From Thermoproteota archaeon (GTDB taxonomy: Archaea > Korarchaeota > JAOZGF01 > JAOZFZ01): 64,000 nt of DNA. The stretch covers positions 9,043-73,042 of the forward strand of contig JAOZFT010000015.1 of assembly GCA_027492035.1 (NCBI GenBank), given 5' to 3'. The position numbers and the translations under genes are program-made. This document shows positions 11,767 to 21,323 of this stretch, piece by piece. Under the pieces are notes generated by a model. The model worked only from the letters and a program-made list of their open reading frames with translations. It was not told the origin of the DNA and searched no databases. The stretch's first letter is position 1; each line of letters opens with the position of its first letter.

Positions 11767-13074
11767 TTATTCTTTGTGTTCCTTAATAAACTTGTCAACA
11801 AGTGCTAAAAACGTATCTATTTCCTCTTCAGTGTGTGCAGTTGAGAGTATGAAGTGGGCAGTTGACGGGGAGAGATAAATAACCCCATGCTCCAGCATAA
11901 ACCTGTGGAGGGCTGTTGTTAATTTTAAATTTTTAGTTCTGTAAACTGTTAATCCATCCTTGGGTCTTTCACGGGTGAAATGGATACCGAAAACAGAACC
12001 TATTCCCGTAACGTAAGCTTGAAAACCGTATTTTTCAAAAATATCAATTAACCCCTCCCTAGCCCTTTTCCCTAGTTTATCTAGGTAAGGATAAATTTCA
12101 TCTTTTCTCCTTTCCAGTTCTTTCATGACAATGTACCCTGCCTTGGCTACTAAAGCGTTTCCTGTGTATGTACCCCCGTGAAAAGACCTTTCCCAAAAAT
12201 TAGGATGCTTCAAATGATCTATTTTCTCCATAACGTCAGCCCTGCCACAAATAGCTCCTGCACCCGCAAAATATTGGCCACCAACTGTTTTTCCTAAAGT
12301 GGTTAGGTCAGGTTTTACGCCATAAAACTTTTGTGCACCTCCCACAAACCTGAACCCTGTAACCACCTCATCAAATATCAACAAAATATCCTTTTCGTCG
12401 CAAAGTTCTCTAAGGCCTTTCAAGAAATCATTTTCCGGAGGTATAAAACCACCAGCCCCCATAACAGGTTCAAGAATCATACAAGCTAAATCTTCACCCT
12501 TTATTCTTTCTCTAACTCCATCTAAATCATTGAATGGAAGTAGGATAGTGTTTTTTATTTGGTTCTCAGTTAATCCTAAGGAGGCAGGTTTGTCGAAAGG
12601 GTAACTGACAGCTTTATGTAATGCATCATAACCCCCATGCCAATGACCTTCAAACTTACCGATTTTCTTCCTGCCTGTGTAGGCCCTTGCCAATCTGATG
12701 TTATACATATTTCCCTCTGTTCCACTATTGGTTGGCCTCACCATTTCTGCACTAGGGAACCATTTACAAACCTGTTCAGCCCATTTAACAGCTTCCTCAT
12801 TTAAGTAACCAAAGAAAGGCCCATTATTTAATTGTTCTTTTACAGCTTCAATGACAGGCTCATAATTATGCCCAAGAATGGCAGCTGAATGATCCATCCA
12901 ATAATCCACATATTCATTGCCATCAATATCCCAGACTTTACTTCCTTTAGCTTTAACTATACATAGGGGATAAGGCTCAAAGTATCGAGAGCCGTAACAA
13001 ACTCCTCCAGGCAAATATTTTTTAGCTTTTTCAAAAATAACCTTAGACTTCTTAGTTCTCTCCTCAAAACCCAT
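11767..13074 (-). CDS. Class III PLP-dependent aminotransferase/aminomutase (glutamate-1-semialdehyde 2,1-aminomutase-like)
   Basis: 435 aa; LPGGV N-terminal motif, DHSAAILGH, ILLIFDEVVTGFR, and the PLP-lysine region TLGKTVGGQ. Confidence 0.8.
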   Translation of the reverse strand: MGFEERTKKSKVIFEKAKKYLPGGVCYGSRYFEPYPLCIVKAKGSKVWDIDGNEYVDYWMDHSAAILGHNYEPVIEAVKEQLNNGPFFGYLNEEAVKWAEQVCKWFPSAEMVRPTNSGTEGNMYNIRLARAYTGRKKIGKFEGHWHGGYDALHKAVSYPFDKPASLGLTENQIKNTILLPFNDLDGVRERIKGEDLACMILEPVMGAGGFIPPENDFLKGLRELCDEKDILLIFDEVVTGFRFVGGAQKFYGVKPDLTTLGKTVGGQYFAGAGAICGRADVMEKIDHLKHPNFWERSFHGGTYTGNALVAKAGYIVMKELERRKDEIYPYLDKLGKRAREGLIDIFEKYGFQAYVTGIGSVFGIHFTRERPKDGLTVYRTKNLKLTTALHRFMLEHGVIYLSPSTAHFILSTAHTEEEIDTFLALVDKFIKEHKE

Positions 13075-13173
13075 TTCTCCCCACCTTTGGTTAAGAATCT
13101 ACAAAAAAGGAAAAAGTTAAAAGCTGTTTTAAAGGAAAGAATGAAAAAATAAAAAAAGGAAAGGAGGGTTCGT

Positions 13174-14574
13174 TTAGCCTTTTAAGATAGGTGGTATTTC
13201 AAGTTTAGCTTCAGCAACATCTGCAGGCCATATTGGTTTTGATTGTCCACCTTTCCATTGAAGCAATGGGAAGTGGAAGTGCTGTGCATCAGCAACTGTT
13301 TCTTGGAAGTGGCCTATTAATCTGCCGCTGGCATCGGTACAGTTTATTTTGTCGCATATCTTTATGTTCATAAAGAGTCCTTTGTAGTCCATACTTAACA
13401 ACGCAGCTCTTATTTTGTCAGGATCCATGCTTCCAGCTTTGTTTAAAGCATCTATTAACATCGAGAATTGGTCATGTGCCCAGTAACCACACACTACGGC
13501 TGAGGGTGTATAACCTAGCTGTGCTTTGTATTTGTTTACCCACGCCTTCTGTTCATCTGTTAAAACTGCAGTGGCATCCATGCTTAATACGTAATCTGAA
13601 GCCTCTCCTACTGCAGGGTACCACTCATCTACTGAGAACCATCCTATACCGAACGATGCAACAAATGCTTTCAGTTTCATTTCATGAACCTGTTTAAGGA
13701 ACGCTGTCAAGCTTGGGAGGCCAGTAGAAACTTGGTAAACCAAACTGATGTCAGCTGACTTATATTTGCTGATTAATGGCGTAAAGTCTGTTTCTGGCGG
13801 TGACAAGGTGAAGACGTCATAGTAGACTACTTGCCACCCGGCTTTTTCGAAAGCAGCTTTTAATGCATCCCCCATTCCTCTACCGTAATCTGTGTCTTCA
13901 ACAAGTAAAGCAACTTTTTTGTTTCTTGGCGTGTACCCTGCATCCTTTAATACTTCTTGGAAAGCAGGTACGAATAAGCTGGCATAAATTGGTGGACATG
14001 GCCAAAGTTTGAACCAGTACTTGCTCTCGTCAGGATTCTTTATTCTTTTATAGCATAGGAATTGAGTTTCCCCTACTGAACCCCAATGAATCTTATGATA
14101 CCTTGTAGAAATCTTGTATAGTGCCATTGCTACTGAACTGTGCCAGTTTCCTCCTAATATGTCAGCTCCAAGCCTTACAATCGCGTCTTCGTAGGCTTTA
14201 ACAGCTTCTTCTGGGTCTGATTTCGAATCAACCCAAATAAACTGTATGTCCCTCAGTTTTCCATCCACATACACTGGAATTTTTCCTTGCGCTTTTAATT
14301 CATTATAAGTGAAAAGAATAGCATCTTTGTATTGTTCTCCTGTTCGTGCAGCAGGTCCTGTTAAAGGGGCCACAAGTGCTATTTTGATAGGTGGCCCTGT
14401 CGGAGTTGGTGAAGCTGTTGGTGTAGCTGTAGGAGATGCTGTAGCTGTTGGTGTAGGTGTTGGAGTGGGTGAAGGAGGCTGCCCCACGCATCCAGATAGT
14501 ACCAGAATAGCAATGAGGAAGAAAGGAAGTACGTACTTACCTGAACCTATATATTTTGCCTTCATGATAGGCAC
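13174..14574 (-). CDS. ABC transporter substrate-binding lipoprotein, LivK/type-I periplasmic-binding fold (amino-acid type)
   Basis: Signal peptide plus lipobox-like LSGC, a Thr/Pro-rich linker (SPTPTPTPTATASPTATPTASPTPTG), then a LivK-like binding domain; upstream of the permease/ATPase genes. Confidence 0.8.
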   Translation of the reverse strand: MPIMKAKYIGSGKYVLPFFLIAILVLSGCVGQPPSPTPTPTPTATASPTATPTASPTPTGPPIKIALVAPLTGPAARTGEQYKDAILFTYNELKAQGKIPVYVDGKLRDIQFIWVDSKSDPEEAVKAYEDAIVRLGADILGGNWHSSVAMALYKISTRYHKIHWGSVGETQFLCYKRIKNPDESKYWFKLWPCPPIYASLFVPAFQEVLKDAGYTPRNKKVALLVEDTDYGRGMGDALKAAFEKAGWQVVYYDVFTLSPPETDFTPLISKYKSADISLVYQVSTGLPSLTAFLKQVHEMKLKAFVASFGIGWFSVDEWYPAVGEASDYVLSMDATAVLTDEQKAWVNKYKAQLGYTPSAVVCGYWAHDQFSMLIDALNKAGSMDPDKIRAALLSMDYKGLFMNIKICDKINCTDASGRLIGHFQETVADAQHFHFPLLQWKGGQSKPIWPADVAEAKLEIPPILKG

Positions 14575-15097
14575 CTAGAAGTTGGAAAACTTCCATTACT
14601 CTCTTGAATCTTTCACTCTCATGATTATTTTTTAAGACTAAACTTTAAGTAAAATTTATAAATCTTACCCTTTTTCCCCCTGACGTTCATCTTAATAATC
14701 CATATTTAAATTCTTTTACAACTCTGCAATTAAGTTTCCTGACAAATTTAGTAAGATACACGTATAAAACAGCTGTTTTTCAAGCGTAAATTAGGTAAAG
14801 TGTTGTATACTCTTTAAGTTCATGGTTTAAAATCGTTAAAATAATAATGATACCCTGATAGAAATACTATAAAGGCTCTTTTCTAGTATTATTGTTTATG
14901 GAAAAATTGGAAGATGGGTTACGTATATTCAAAAATTGTTCTATGAAAATGCAAGAAATAAAAATAAAAGATAAAATTTTTAAAGGAAAAATTAAGTATA
15001 AGATGCTTCAATTAATTCCTTACAAAAACCTTTTCTCACTTAATTAGATAAGAGAAAGGGAGTCTTTTTCCTTCAGGAGGATACGGGGGGAATTGAT

Positions 15098-15988
15098 TTG
15101 ATTTCGCCGGTTGAATTGTTGATAGTAAGCTTGTTAAGGGGATCTTTATACGTTTTAATTTCAGCAAGCCTTGCTATGCTCTTCGGTATAATCTCTGTAG
15201 CTAGTTTTTGCCATGGCGACTTTGCTATGCTAGGAGGATATCTTTCGTACTTTCTACTGGTTTCATTGGGACTTAACCCTATCCTGGCACTGGTGTTAAC
15301 TGCTGCTGTAATGTTCCTTTTCGGATGCTTAATCGAGAAATCACTACTTTTCCCACTCCGCAAAACTAGTGGAAAACTTTGGATGTTCTATACATTTGTT
15401 TTAACGCTTGGTATATCCCAAGTTTTGGAGAATGGTGCATTAGCTGCTTTTGGAGCGGCCTTTCTGGGCATTAAAAGCTTATGGCCTGGAAACATTAATT
15501 TACTGGGTACAGCAACTTCTTTAGATAGGTTTGCTATACTTGGAATAAGTGTAGGCATAGTTGTGGTTTTCTGGTTTTTCTTAAAATACACCAAAATTGG
15601 TCGAGCTATTAGGGCTGTAGGTATAAATGAGGAAGCTGCTTCGATTTTTGGGGTAAACGTAAACTTCATTTATACATTAACCTTTGGTTTGTCTGCATTA
15701 TTAGCAGGGATAGGTGGCCTTTTTTACATGGTGCTTTTCACAACGTATCCCTTAATGGGAGTTACTGCGAACTTAAAAGCTTGGATAGTTGTGGTAACAG
15801 CGGGTCTCGGTAACATAAAGGGAGCTATTTACTGTAGTTTTCTATTATCCTTTGCAGAGACACTAGCTTACACTTTCCTTTCTGCTGGGTGGCAAAACGT
15901 TATTTCCATAATCATTGTAGCTTTAATTCTCCTGTTCAAACCCACAGGTCTTTTCGGTACGGAGGTTAAAGGGATATGGGAGAGATAA
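15098..15988 (+). CDS. livH: Branched-chain amino acid ABC transporter permease (LivH-like)
   Basis: 296 aa polytopic membrane protein with LivH-family organisation; TTG start; overlaps the next permease by 13 nt. Confidence 0.75.
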   Translation: MISPVELLIVSLLRGSLYVLISASLAMLFGIISVASFCHGDFAMLGGYLSYFLLVSLGLNPILALVLTAAVMFLFGCLIEKSLLFPLRKTSGKLWMFYTFVLTLGISQVLENGALAAFGAAFLGIKSLWPGNINLLGTATSLDRFAILGISVGIVVVFWFFLKYTKIGRAIRAVGINEEAASIFGVNVNFIYTLTFGLSALLAGIGGLFYMVLFTTYPLMGVTANLKAWIVVVTAGLGNIKGAIYCSFLLSFAETLAYTFLSAGWQNVISIIIVALILLFKPTGLFGTEVKGIWER

Positions 15989-16932
15989 ACCTTCCGAAGC
16001 TAAAAACATTCAAAATACTCCCATACTTACTATTTGTGGTTGCACTTGTACCACCTTTGTTTAAAAACGAATACCTTAACAGCGTACTTATTTCAATTTT
16101 CCTGTGGGCAGCCATAGGGGCCTCCTTTGACCTCACTGCTGGCTTTATAAGAGTGACAAACTTTGGATATGCAGGCTTTTTTGCTATAGGAGCTTACACT
16201 TCAGGGTTATTAGCTTTATATTTCAATATATCTCCATGGATAGGAGTATTTCCTGCTGTGGCATTTGCTGCTGCTCTCGGTGCTCTTGTAGGTTTGTTGA
16301 CTCTGAGGCTGCATGGAATCTATGCTGCAGTTTTCAGTTGGTTCCTTGCAGAAACAATTAAGTACATACTTGCAGCAGCTTCAGATATAACAAGGGGATA
16401 TCAGGGTTTAATGAATCCGCCTCTCTTCCCAGGAATTAGTAGGTTTCCATATTATTACTTCATACTTGGCATCTTAGCCTTTGAAATAATAATCCTTACA
16501 AAAATAGCTAGGGGTAAAATGGGTTTTGCCTTTAGGGTAATAGGAGAAGATGAAACAGCAGCAAAGTCCATAGGGGTCAATGTGCTCTATTACAAAGTTT
16601 CCGCCTTTACAATTTCGACCGCGTTTGCAGGTTTACTAGGAGTTTTTTATGCACATTACATTGGAGTCATAACACCTGACGTAAGCAGTTTAGTAATAAC
16701 TGTGCCTGCACTAGCAATTTGTTACGTAGGCGGAGTAGGTTCAATATGGGGATCAATACCTTCTTCTTTTGTAATCATCACAATATTTGAGGCATTTAGA
16801 GAAATAGGAGCTTACAGATTCATAATCTACGGTGTGCTTTTAATAGTAGTCATGATATGGGCAAGGACTGGACTTGTGGGTTTAATAAGAAAAGCAGCAG
16901 AAAAAATGAAAGTTACAGAAAAAGAAAAGTGA
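15976..16932 (+). CDS. livM: Branched-chain amino acid ABC transporter permease (LivM-like)
   Basis: 318 aa polytopic membrane protein, second permease of the Liv-type system. Confidence 0.75.
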   Translation: MGEINLPKLKTFKILPYLLFVVALVPPLFKNEYLNSVLISIFLWAAIGASFDLTAGFIRVTNFGYAGFFAIGAYTSGLLALYFNISPWIGVFPAVAFAAALGALVGLLTLRLHGIYAAVFSWFLAETIKYILAAASDITRGYQGLMNPPLFPGISRFPYYYFILGILAFEIIILTKIARGKMGFAFRVIGEDETAAKSIGVNVLYYKVSAFTISTAFAGLLGVFYAHYIGVITPDVSSLVITVPALAICYVGGVGSIWGSIPSSFVIITIFEAFREIGAYRFIIYGVLLIVVMIWARTGLVGLIRKAAEKMKVTEKEK

Positions 16933-17040
16933 CTAGCTTTCCCCTCTTTCATTTTTTGCTTTTTCTAGCAATGTTTCCTGGCCTTTAAAAGGTATTATTT
17001 AAGGTATCTGGGAAAAAATAGAGGAAGGGTTTGTAGGGGA

Positions 17041-17778
17041 TTAAAGTCCTAAGTATGCCTTTTTCACATGCTCAGACTCTAATAGTTCATTACCTGCTCC
17101 CTCCATGACTACCCTACCCTGCTCCATGAGATAACCCCTATTTGCCATCTTAAGTGCACTTTCTACGTGTTGTTCAACCATTAATACAGTTATTCCCTCA
17201 TCCCTCACCTTCTCAACCACTTTAAAAAGCTCTGCAACTAAGGTAGGCATTAAACCTAGGGACATTTCATCTATCATTAGAAATGAGGGTTTAAGCATTA
17301 ATGCTCTTGCAACAGCAAGCATTTGTTGCTCTCCACCACTGAGGGTTCCAGCTAGTTGTCTCTTTCTTTCCTTTAACCTGGGGAACAGTTGATAAACAAA
17401 CTCTAATGAATCCTTTATTTCTTCTTCATTTTTTAGGTATGCTCCCATGAGAAGATTTTCGAAAACAGTCATTTTTTCGAAAAGCTGCCGTCCCTCAGGC
17501 ACCATCGCAACTCCAAGCTTAGCAATCCTGTGGGATGGAAGTTTACTTATCTCTGTTCCGTTAAAGAAAATTTTTCCCCTAGCCGGTTTAAGTAAACCTG
17601 CTACTGTTCTTAAAGTCGTTGTCTTCCCTGCTCCGTTAGGACCTATCAACGCAACAATTTCTCCTTTTTCAACATGGAGCGAAAGCCCCCATAAGGCCTG
17701 AAACTTCCCGTAAAAAACATCTATTGTTTCAATCTTTAACATTCCTATATTCACCTTAGAAAATGTATTTCTTTCCAA
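17041..17778 (-). CDS. livF: ABC transporter ATP-binding protein (LivF-like)
   Basis: Walker A GPNGAGKTT, ABC signature LSGGEQQ, Walker B MIDE; 245 aa. Confidence 0.85.
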   Translation of the reverse strand: MERNTFSKVNIGMLKIETIDVFYGKFQALWGLSLHVEKGEIVALIGPNGAGKTTTLRTVAGLLKPARGKIFFNGTEISKLPSHRIAKLGVAMVPEGRQLFEKMTVFENLLMGAYLKNEEEIKDSLEFVYQLFPRLKERKRQLAGTLSGGEQQMLAVARALMLKPSFLMIDEMSLGLMPTLVAELFKVVEKVRDEGITVLMVEQHVESALKMANRGYLMEQGRVVMEGAGNELLESEHVKKAYLGL

Positions 17779-18559
17779 GATAAGCTTTAATTACTGCTTC
17801 ATTACTAGCTATTTCTTTGGGGGTTCCTTCAGCGATTTTTTCACCATAGTGGAGTACAACTAACCTTTGTGCCACATTCATTATGAATCTCATGTTGTGA
17901 TCTACAACTAAGGTTGTAACTCCTTTCTCATGAAGTTTATTTATTAAGTTAATCATTATTGGTAATTCTGAAGGTGTTAAACCTGTTGCTGGTTCATCTA
18001 GTAGTATAAGGCTTGGGTCGGTTAATAACGCCCTAGCTAATTCTATCCTTTTCATTTCTACAACATTTAAACTTCCAGCTACTACATCCCTCTTCTCCAC
18101 TGGAAACTCTACAAACTGCATAGTTTCTAAAGCAGATTTCTTTGCTTCTTTGAAATCTGACAATTCCTTTCTACCAAACATTATTCCACTCATAACATTT
18201 TCAAGTGCTGTCATGTTCACAAAAAGACGTGTAATTTGGAAAGTTCTAGCCACTCCTTTCTTGCAAATGTATTCAGGTTTCTTACCTGTGATATCTTCGT
18301 CTTCAAAGTACACTTTACCTTCCTCAGGTTTATAAATTCCATTTATTACATTTAGAAGTGTTGTCTTCCCTGCTCCGTTAGGACCAACTAAACCCAAAAT
18401 CTCGCCTTTAAAAACATTCAAATTTACTTTGTTTACGGCTACAAGGCCGCGGAATCTTTTAACCACATTATCGGTCCTTAAAATTGTTTCTTCCATAAAA
18501 ACACTCCTCACACCTGTCATTGCATATTTTTGGGGGATGAATTTAAAAAAAATGGGCAT
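17756..18559 (-). CDS. livG: ABC transporter ATP-binding protein (LivG-like)
   Basis: Walker A GPNGAGKTT, Walker B LLDEPATG, C-terminal LivG-type extension; overlaps livF by 23 nt. Confidence 0.85.
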   Translation of the reverse strand: MPIFFKFIPQKYAMTGVRSVFMEETILRTDNVVKRFRGLVAVNKVNLNVFKGEILGLVGPNGAGKTTLLNVINGIYKPEEGKVYFEDEDITGKKPEYICKKGVARTFQITRLFVNMTALENVMSGIMFGRKELSDFKEAKKSALETMQFVEFPVEKRDVVAGSLNVVEMKRIELARALLTDPSLILLDEPATGLTPSELPIMINLINKLHEKGVTTLVVDHNMRFIMNVAQRLVVLHYGEKIAEGTPKEIASNEAVIKAYLGKKYIF

Positions 18560-18700
18560 CTGAATTTTATTTATTTTTTTCTCTCCATATTTGGTTGATG
18601 TTATATAAATATTTATATATTATGCACTAGGTTTTAATTAAAGCTGAATATTCCCTTTCTTTATTGAATTTTTAAAGGGTTTAAAAAAATAACTTATGGA

Positions 18701-20167
18701 GTGGTTTCGGAATTGCGAGAAGGAGTTAAAGGGGGGCAATTAAGGATTTTAAGTAACGAAGATTTGCGGCAAATTTATGTAGCAACCCTTCATCTACTTG
18801 AAAAGCAAGGTGTAAAGGTGGAAAATGAAAAAGCCTTAAACATACTGGCTAAATCTGGCGCCATGGTGGATAAAAGGAGGAAAATTGCTAAAATTCCAGG
18901 CTACATGGTTGAGGAAGCAATTAAAAAGGCACCGAAAAGTATAAGGCTTTGCGGCAGAAACAGAAACCAAGATTTTATTCTTGAAGGAAAAAGAGCTTAC
19001 TTTGGAAGTGGGGTGGGGACCACCCATATTTACGACCTTTATACTGGGGAATACAGAAAAACAAGGAAGAGAGACGTGGAGGACGCATTCAAGCTTTCAG
19101 ATGCTCTTCCAAATATTGATCATGCCTGGGGGTTGTTCAGTTGTACAGACGTACCTTCCAGCGTTGTTGGGCTCCATGAGCTTGAAGCAGGTTTAACAAA
19201 CACCACTAAACACATTTGCATCTACACTTGGCATGGCAAACCCCAAATAAATAAACAAATTGAAATGGCTAAGTTAGTAGCTGGAGGTGAAGAAGAACTC
19301 AGGAAAAGGCCTCTTGTCACCCTCTACAATGAGCCCCATTCACCTCTAACCTACGGAAAAGATTATTTAGATTCCTTAATGGAGTGGGCTAAAGCTGGGT
19401 TGCCTCAAATTTGGTACCCAGCCCCTATGTCAGGGGCTACTTCACCTGTAACAATGGCTGGGACACTGGTTCAAGGCTGGGCTGAGTCATTAGGAGGATT
19501 GGTGATAGCTGAACTCATTAACCCAGGAACCCCTTTCATTGTAGGTACAGGTACTTTCCTCATGGATATGAAGACTTCCTCTATAGTTTATGCTTCAGCT
19601 GAATGTATGCTTTTAGCCGTTGCAATAGCCCAGATTGCCCATTATCTAGATATCCCTCTATTTGGATTGGCAGGAGCCTCAGATTCGCAAGTATTGGACG
19701 GGCAGGCATTAGCAGAATCAGCTATGTATCTTGCTATTTCAGCTTTAGCAGGTCAAAACCTTATTCACGACTTAGGGTACCTAGCTTCAGGTTTAACGGG
19801 GAGTTTAGAACTTTTAACAATTTGTGATGAAATAGTGGCGATGGTTAAAAGGATAGCTAAAGGAATAAAAGTTAATGATGAAACATTAGCTTTGGGCGTA
19901 ATAGAGAAAGTAGGTTTTGGAGGGAATTACTTAAAGGAGAAACATACAAGGAAACATTTCTGGACTGAACACTTAGTTCCAGATTTAATGAATAGAGACT
20001 TTCACTCTGGATGGGTGAAAAAGGGAGGCAAAACTTTGGAGGAGAGGGCTAGAGAAAAAACAAAGAAATTACTTAAAGAACATGAGGTTGAGCCTTTAGA
20101 TAAAGAAGTAAAAAAGAAAATTGAAGAAATAATTAAGGAAACGACGAAAGAAACAACGAAAATATGA
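18701..20167 (+). CDS. MttB-superfamily methyltransferase (non-pyrrolysine trimethylamine-methyltransferase homolog; quaternary-amine:corrinoid methyltransferase candidate), paralog 1
   Basis: 488 aa uninterrupted ORF. Conserved MttB-family blocks include KIPGYMVEEAIKKAPK, AGGEEELRKRP, PLTYGKDY, GATSPVTMAGTLVQ and LAVEAI-like regions. No in-frame TAG. A TTG at 18713 giving MREGVKGGQLRIL matches the paralog N-termini better than the listed GTG start. Confidence 0.85.
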   Translation: MVSELREGVKGGQLRILSNEDLRQIYVATLHLLEKQGVKVENEKALNILAKSGAMVDKRRKIAKIPGYMVEEAIKKAPKSIRLCGRNRNQDFILEGKRAYFGSGVGTTHIYDLYTGEYRKTRKRDVEDAFKLSDALPNIDHAWGLFSCTDVPSSVVGLHELEAGLTNTTKHICIYTWHGKPQINKQIEMAKLVAGGEEELRKRPLVTLYNEPHSPLTYGKDYLDSLMEWAKAGLPQIWYPAPMSGATSPVTMAGTLVQGWAESLGGLVIAELINPGTPFIVGTGTFLMDMKTSSIVYASAECMLLAVAIAQIAHYLDIPLFGLAGASDSQVLDGQALAESAMYLAISALAGQNLIHDLGYLASGLTGSLELLTICDEIVAMVKRIAKGIKVNDETLALGVIEKVGFGGNYLKEKHTRKHFWTEHLVPDLMNRDFHSGWVKKGGKTLEERAREKTKKLLKEHEVEPLDKEVKKKIEEIIKETTKETTKI

Positions 20168-20184
20168 GTTTTGGAGGTGTTTAA

Positions 20185-21189
20185 ATGAAGTTTTCTCATT
20201 TTATCACATGTGTAGATTCCCACACAGCAGGTGAACCAACAAGAATAGTTACTTCAGGCGTACCTAAATTAAGAGGTAAAACTGTAGCTGAAAAAAGGGA
20301 TTATTTCAAGGAAAATCTCGACTATTTACGAACCTTTCTCATGCATGAACCACGAGGCCATAACGACATGTTCGGGGCTGTAGTTGTTGAACCTTCTGAC
20401 GAAAAGGCAGATTTAGGAATAATTTTTATTGACTGCGGGGGATACCTTGACGGCTGCGGCCACGGCACAATAGGTGTAGCTACGGTAGCTGTTAAAACAG
20501 GATTAATTGAAGCAAGAGAACCTGAAACAAAAATAACCATAGAAACCCCTTCAGGCCTTGTTGAAACAATATGTGAAATTAAGGATGGCCACGTTGAGGA
20601 AGTCAAGTTAAGGAATGTACCCTCATTCCTTTATGATACTAAGGAAGTGGATGTGCCTGGTTTCGGTAAAGTAGAGATTGACATAGCTTTTGGAGGAAAC
20701 TTTTTCGCTATAGTTGACGTGAAACAAGTTAAACTTAAAATAAACCCCAAAAACTCCTTGAAACTGATAGATGCAGGGCTAAAAATAAGAGATGCAATTA
20801 ATAAACAAGTGGAAGTTATACACCCAATGAAGAAATACATAAACAAAGTAAATTTGGTGGAGTTTTATGACGACCCGGATATCCCTGAAGCCCACTGCAA
20901 AAACGTCGTTGTTTTCGGTAATGGTCAAATAGATAGGTCCCCTTGCGGCACAGGCACAAGTGCAAAAATTGCAACCCTGTATGCGAAGGGGAAATTAAAA
21001 CTTGGAGAAGAGTTCATCCATGAAAGCATATTGAAAACTGTTTTCCGTGGAAAAGCTTTGAAAGAAACAAAAATAGGGAAATTTAAGGGGATCATCCCGG
21101 AAATAAAGGGTAAAGCATACATCACTGGCTTCAATCAATTAGTGATGGACCCAAAAGACCCTTTGAAACATGGGTTCCAATTAAAATGA
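20185..21189 (+). CDS. Proline racemase / 4-hydroxyproline epimerase family enzyme (both catalytic Cys present)
   Basis: 334 aa; motifs DCGGYLDGCGHGTIG and DRSPCGTGTSAK match the two Cys-containing catalytic motifs of proline racemase family enzymes. Confidence 0.8.
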   Translation: MKFSHFITCVDSHTAGEPTRIVTSGVPKLRGKTVAEKRDYFKENLDYLRTFLMHEPRGHNDMFGAVVVEPSDEKADLGIIFIDCGGYLDGCGHGTIGVATVAVKTGLIEAREPETKITIETPSGLVETICEIKDGHVEEVKLRNVPSFLYDTKEVDVPGFGKVEIDIAFGGNFFAIVDVKQVKLKINPKNSLKLIDAGLKIRDAINKQVEVIHPMKKYINKVNLVEFYDDPDIPEAHCKNVVVFGNGQIDRSPCGTGTSAKIATLYAKGKLKLGEEFIHESILKTVFRGKALKETKIGKFKGIIPEIKGKAYITGFNQLVMDPKDPLKHGFQLK

Positions 21190-21323
21190 AAAAGGGTATC
21201 ACCAGGGAAAAATTTTTGAAAAAAGTTTAAAAAAATGCTGCTTCATTCCTTCCTAAAAATATCCTATAATTTTCTCACTCCCTATCTTTTAAGAAGGACC
21301 CTTTAAAGAGCGAGGCTTTTAAA

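Noticed and set aside
14309-14578. Plus-strand 89-aa ORF with GVGVGVGEG repeat
   Set aside because: It is the antisense shadow of the Thr/Pro linker region of the substrate-binding lipoprotein gene.
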